A stretch of 32,000 nt of DNA from Desulfotalea psychrophila LSv54 (GTDB lineage: Bacteria; Desulfobacterota; Desulfobulbia; Desulfobulbales; Desulfocapsaceae). The notes below the pieces were generated by a model that worked only from the letters and a program-made list of their open reading frames with translations, had not been told where the DNA came from and made no database searches. Below, piece by piece: positions 28,194-32,000 of the stretch. Position 1 is the stretch's first letter; every line of letters starts with the position of its first letter. The position numbers were made by a program, and so were the translations under genes. Where the stretch lies: positions 3,270,001-3,302,000 of the forward strand of contig NC_006138.1 in assembly GCF_000025945.1 (NCBI RefSeq). Direction: 5' to 3'.

Positions 28194-29725
28194 AGATCCT
28201 TCTCAGCCAGAATTCGTCCCAACATCTTTTCAGCACGGGCAAGAAACGGTTTCAGGGTTTCAGGCTGGAGAGCGCTTACCAACACCCCCTGCTCGCTTAA
28301 ATCTTCCAGAAGACCTACTGCCGGATCAGCCAGCAGATCGATCTTATTAAAAACCTTCAGGCAGGGAATATGGCCAAGATCCAGTTCTGAGAGTAGCCTC
28401 TCCACCACCTCTATATGATCCCTATAGCATGGATTTGACACATCAATAACGTGGATAAGCAGATCAGCCTCCTCAAGCTCTTCCAAGGTCGCCATAAATG
28501 CCTTTATCAGCTCAGCCGGCAAGTTACGAATAAAGCCAACGGTATCGGTGATGATCACCTCCATCTCCGTGGGAAATCGTAAACGACGACTGGTCGGATC
28601 CAGGGTGGCAAAGAGTTTATCCTCTGCAACAATATGACTCCCCGTCAAGACATTAAGCAGGGTGGATTTACCGGCGTTAGTATAGCCCACCAAGGAAAGA
28701 ACCGGAACATCCCTCCTGCGACGCTGGGCCCTCCTCCTATAACGTTCCTCACCCACATGTTTCAGTTCCCGGGCAAGCCCTGATAGGCGATCATTAATAC
28801 GACGACGATCAAGTTCAAGCTTTGTTTCCCCGGGTCCACGGGCACCAATACCACCGCTCAAACGAGAGAGGGCATCATCACGGGAGGAGAGACGAGGTAA
28901 GGCATATTTAAGCTGAGCCATCTCTACCTGCAACTTTCCTTCTCGAGAGAGAGCCCGACTGGCAAAAATATCAAGGATGAGCTGAGTTCTATCAATGACC
29001 CTCATCTCGGTAAAATCAGTAATAGAGCGTACCTGAGAGGGATTTAAATCCTGATTAAAGACCAACAGATTTGCATCGAGCTGCAGGGCCAGAATCATGA
29101 TATCGGCAAGCTTACCCTTACCCAGAATGAAACGTGGATTTGCCTTTCTGCTTCGCTGAAGGACCGTATCAAGCACCTTAACATTGGCAGAGCGGGCAAG
29201 CTCACCAAGTTCGGTTAAAGATTCCTCGGCAAGCATCTTAACCTCAGCCGTAACACTAACCAAAATAGCCCGATCACCATCATCGGCAACAGAGAGGCTA
29301 CGCACCCGAGAAAAACCTGCCTCTACCTCGGCAATAATATCCTCCACCGAGCCTCTCTGCTGAGAGGGATGGACGGGGTCTAAAAAGGTCCAACTGCTCG
29401 CACCGTCCCGGGCCGGTTGCAAATGGGCAGAGTGGAGGCTCTGCACCTGACCATCTTTTGCAACCTGCAAAACAGAAAGCATATCAAGGCGAAGAAAGAG
29501 CAGATCCATCAGATCCTCATCACTGATCTCCTCGCCGCGAAGATGAGTATGCACCAGACGCACCCCCTTGAGCCGACCTCCACCACCACGTAGATGGGCA
29601 AGGGACGGGATCATTATCGCCTTATGGGTCCCCACAATAATCATCTCCAATTTACCGGAACGATGAATGAGGAGACCTATCTGCCGATTTATTTCAGCAG
29701 AGATCTGACCAAGACTACGGGCCAT
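28190..29725 (-). CDS. hflX: GTPase HflX
   Basis: GIGARGPGETKLELDRRRI, G1 LVGYTNAGKSTLLN, and DTVGFIRNLPAELIKAFMATLEE. Confidence 0.95.
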   Translation of the reverse strand: MARSLGQISAEINRQIGLLIHRSGKLEMIIVGTHKAIMIPSLAHLRGGGGRLKGVRLVHTHLRGEEISDEDLMDLLFLRLDMLSVLQVAKDGQVQSLHSAHLQPARDGASSWTFLDPVHPSQQRGSVEDIIAEVEAGFSRVRSLSVADDGDRAILVSVTAEVKMLAEESLTELGELARSANVKVLDTVLQRSRKANPRFILGKGKLADIMILALQLDANLLVFNQDLNPSQVRSITDFTEMRVIDRTQLILDIFASRALSREGKLQVEMAQLKYALPRLSSRDDALSRLSGGIGARGPGETKLELDRRRINDRLSGLARELKHVGEERYRRRAQRRRRDVPVLSLVGYTNAGKSTLLNVLTGSHIVAEDKLFATLDPTSRRLRFPTEMEVIITDTVGFIRNLPAELIKAFMATLEELEEADLLIHVIDVSNPCYRDHIEVVERLLSELDLGHIPCLKVFNKIDLLADPAVGLLEDLSEQGVLVSALQPETLKPFLARAEKMLGRILAEKDL

Positions 29726-29882
29726 CTCCGCTGAAATTATCTGATCACGGGAAACCTTCTTTTTGCCTAAACTCTCAAGAAATTTTATCTGGTTTTTCTT
29801 TAGACCACTCAGGTTACCTGTTACAATACTGATAGCTCTCTCCTATAAAATGACTGCAAACAAAAAAAACCGGGCAACAATA

Positions 29883-31538
29883 TTAATTTCTAAAATTCTG
29901 TGCATTAGGAAAACGACGACCATAGCCAAAGGCCTTGCTGGTCACCTTAAGGCCCACGGCAGCCTGCTTACGCTTATACTCATTGAGACGCACGCGACGC
30001 AGAACATCTTGCACCATCTGCCTGTCAAAACCATGGGCTACAATTTCCTCACAGCCACAACCATCCTCCAGATGAAGTTCAAGTACCCGGTCAAGAACAT
30101 CATAGTCAGGCAGATCATCCTGATCACACTGGTCTGGTTTAAGCTCAGCAGAGGGTGGCTTAGAAATAGTATTCTCAGGGATTATCTCACCATGACGATT
30201 GACATAACGGGAGAGGGCATAGACCAATTGCTTGGGCACGTCACTGATAACGGCAAGTCCACCGTTCATATCACCGTAGAGGGTGCAGTAGCCCACCGCC
30301 ATTTCACTCTTATTTCCCGTGGTCAGGAGCAACTTATTAAATTTATTGGACAGGGCCATAAGCAGGTTGCCACGAATTCTAGCCTGAAGATTCTGTTCTG
30401 TCACATCCTCTTCCAGCCCCGTAAATATCGGGGCAAGACTTGATTCAAAGGCATAAAAAAGATCCTTTATAGGAATCATCTTAAAATCACAGCCCAAATT
30501 CTCAGCCAGAGACTGGGCATCATCATAGGATCCACCGGAACTATACTGAGAAGGCAGGGCCACACCCTGAACGTTCTCTGCCCCGAGGGCGTCAACTGCA
30601 ATGGCGGCGGTAAGAGCTGAATCAATGCCGCCTGAAAGGCCCAGAACCACAGAGGTGAAACCGCACTTTCTTATATAATCACGCACACCGAGAACCAGGG
30701 CCTGATAGACACTCTCCTCAGGGCTGGCCAGAGGTCGAGGAGGCGCTGAACACTCCTGAGACTCCGTATCATAGACCAAAAGGTCTTCGGCACAGGATGC
30801 GGCCTCTCCCAAGACCTCACCTCTTTCTGAAATGGCAAGGCTACCCCCATCAAAGATAAGAGAATCCTGGCCCCCCACCTGATTACAGTACAGAAATGGC
30901 GCCCCCAGGGCTAGAGCAGACTCGGCAAAAATCCGGCGACGCTGGGCCTCTTTGCCACGCTGAAAGGGGGAGGCAGAGATATTAATCACAGCTGCAAGAG
31001 AAATGTTCTTCTCCCGGCAACTCTCAACCATTCCCGAAACCGGAGAGAGGGCGTAGTGACCAACCTCATCGTGCCATACGTCTTCACAGATGGTTACCCC
31101 AAAGGTAGTCCCCCCGAGGGTATAAAACTTTTCACTTTCCTCTGCCCGACCCGGCTCAAAATAACGGCTCTCGTCAAAAACATCATAGGTGGGCAGAAGC
31201 TGCTTTCGCCTTCGATAAACGACTCTCCCCTCCCGAGCCACAAGGACAGAATTATAGAGGGCTCTGCCCCCCTTACCTTCACGTTTTTCCACAGCGCCAA
31301 ACATAACATCAATGCCTGGAAGTTCTCCCAATAGACGATCTAGGGCAGCCTGGTGTTCTTCAATAAAAACAGATCGTTCCAGTAAATCAAGAGGCGGATA
31401 ACCAGAAACGGCGAGTTCAGGAAAAACGACAAGGGAGCACCCTGCCTCCTGAGCCTTCGTGGCCCAAGAAACTATTTTTTTACAGTTATGGGCAAAGTCA
31501 CCAATGAGCGGATTATATTGAACAAGTCCTATTTTCAC
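29883..31538 (-). CDS. nadE: Glutamine-dependent NAD+ synthetase
   Basis: N-terminal nitrilase/amidohydrolase domain (VVFPELAVSGYPPLDLL, TICEDVWH) plus C-terminal NAD synthetase (LGLSGGIDSALTAAIA, LLTTGNKSEMAVGYCTLYGD). Confidence 0.96.
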   Translation of the reverse strand: MKIGLVQYNPLIGDFAHNCKKIVSWATKAQEAGCSLVVFPELAVSGYPPLDLLERSVFIEEHQAALDRLLGELPGIDVMFGAVEKREGKGGRALYNSVLVAREGRVVYRRRKQLLPTYDVFDESRYFEPGRAEESEKFYTLGGTTFGVTICEDVWHDEVGHYALSPVSGMVESCREKNISLAAVINISASPFQRGKEAQRRRIFAESALALGAPFLYCNQVGGQDSLIFDGGSLAISERGEVLGEAASCAEDLLVYDTESQECSAPPRPLASPEESVYQALVLGVRDYIRKCGFTSVVLGLSGGIDSALTAAIAVDALGAENVQGVALPSQYSSGGSYDDAQSLAENLGCDFKMIPIKDLFYAFESSLAPIFTGLEEDVTEQNLQARIRGNLLMALSNKFNKLLLTTGNKSEMAVGYCTLYGDMNGGLAVISDVPKQLVYALSRYVNRHGEIIPENTISKPPSAELKPDQCDQDDLPDYDVLDRVLELHLEDGCGCEEIVAHGFDRQMVQDVLRRVRLNEYKRKQAAVGLKVTSKAFGYGRRFPNAQNFRN

Positions 31539-31731
31539 GTGCTATTCTCCATATTCGCCCTTTATCCAAGCAAATAAAACATATTTAATCTATTGCCAGT
31601 GGTCTTAAACAGGCTCCTTTTAATAAGGAGCAGGAAAACCCTGTTTGCAGAAAATGCCTTTTACCAAGAGCCCCTTACCTGCACTCAAGGTAGACCGGCA
31701 CCTCTCTCATTTAAAGAGAAACCACAAATAA

Positions 31732-32000
31732 TCAATTGATCCCTATCTGACCAGTTTTTTCTCCATCTCTCTCTTTTTTGAGTTTTCGCCGATAGTTATA
31801 GACAGCCCTATTATGATCTCGAAGGTTGGTCGAAAAGACATGGGTACCATCGTTATTGGAGACAAAATAGAGATAGCTGTTTTTCTCCGGTTGCAGTACC
31901 GCCTGCAGGGCCTTTTCGCCGGGATTACAGATAGGGCCCCGGGGAAGGCCTGGGATAGAGTAGGTATTATAGGGAGTTTTGCGGCGCAGATCAGTTCTGG
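31732..32000 (-). CDS. MltG/YceG-like endolytic transglycosylase, C-terminal fragment
   Basis: Manual translation of the minus strand: ...RTDLRRKTPYNTYSIPGLPRGPICNPGEKALQAVLQPEKNSYLYFVSNNDGTHVFSTNLRDHNRAVYNYRRKLKKERDGEKTGQIGIN*. YNTY...GLPxGPIxNPG is the typical MltG C-terminal signature. Truncated by the window edge. Confidence 0.88.
   Translation of the reverse strand, partial: RTDLRRKTPYNTYSIPGLPRGPICNPGEKALQAVLQPEKNSYLYFVSNNDGTHVFSTNLRDHNRAVYNYRRKLKKERDGEKTGQIGIN

Noticed and set aside
30671-31334. Short ORFs on both strands inside nadE
   Set aside because: Overlap the strongly supported nadE frame without motifs.
1-32000. Possible CRISPR, toxin-antitoxin, phage defence or mobile element
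   Set aside because: I looked for regular direct repeats, transposase or integrase motifs and paired small genes on both strands and found none; the window is core housekeeping sequence.

Overview
The window is a mostly minus-strand bacterial chromosomal segment. Gene content and style resemble a Desulfobulbales/Desulfotalea-like deltaproteobacterium; this assignment is inference only. Positions 1-15983 carry a full dcw (division and cell wall) cluster, read right to left: mraZ, rsmH, ftsL-like, an FtsI/PBP3-like gene, a murE-murF fusion, mraY, murD, murG, murC, murB, ftsQ, ftsA and ftsZ (ftsZ truncated by the window edge). The rest is housekeeping and small accessory genes: a beta-flower-like repeat protein, panB, yebC-family, rlmE, CCA/poly(A) nucleotidyltransferase, dus, a UPF0316-like protein, rubredoxin, GNAT, glmS, pyrE, a small zinc-ribbon protein, zinc-ribbon/PilZ, hflX, nadE and a partial mltG. 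I see no CRISPR, rRNA, tRNA or mobile element. The strongest signal is that the FtsI/PBP3 homologue in the dcw cluster appears to have lost its transpeptidase motifs (SxxK reads SFQN; no recognisable SxN or KTG), and the position where ftsW normally sits between murD and murG is empty (an 18-bp gap). Together these suggest loss or replacement of the usual FtsW-FtsI septal synthase, next to a MurE-MurF fusion.
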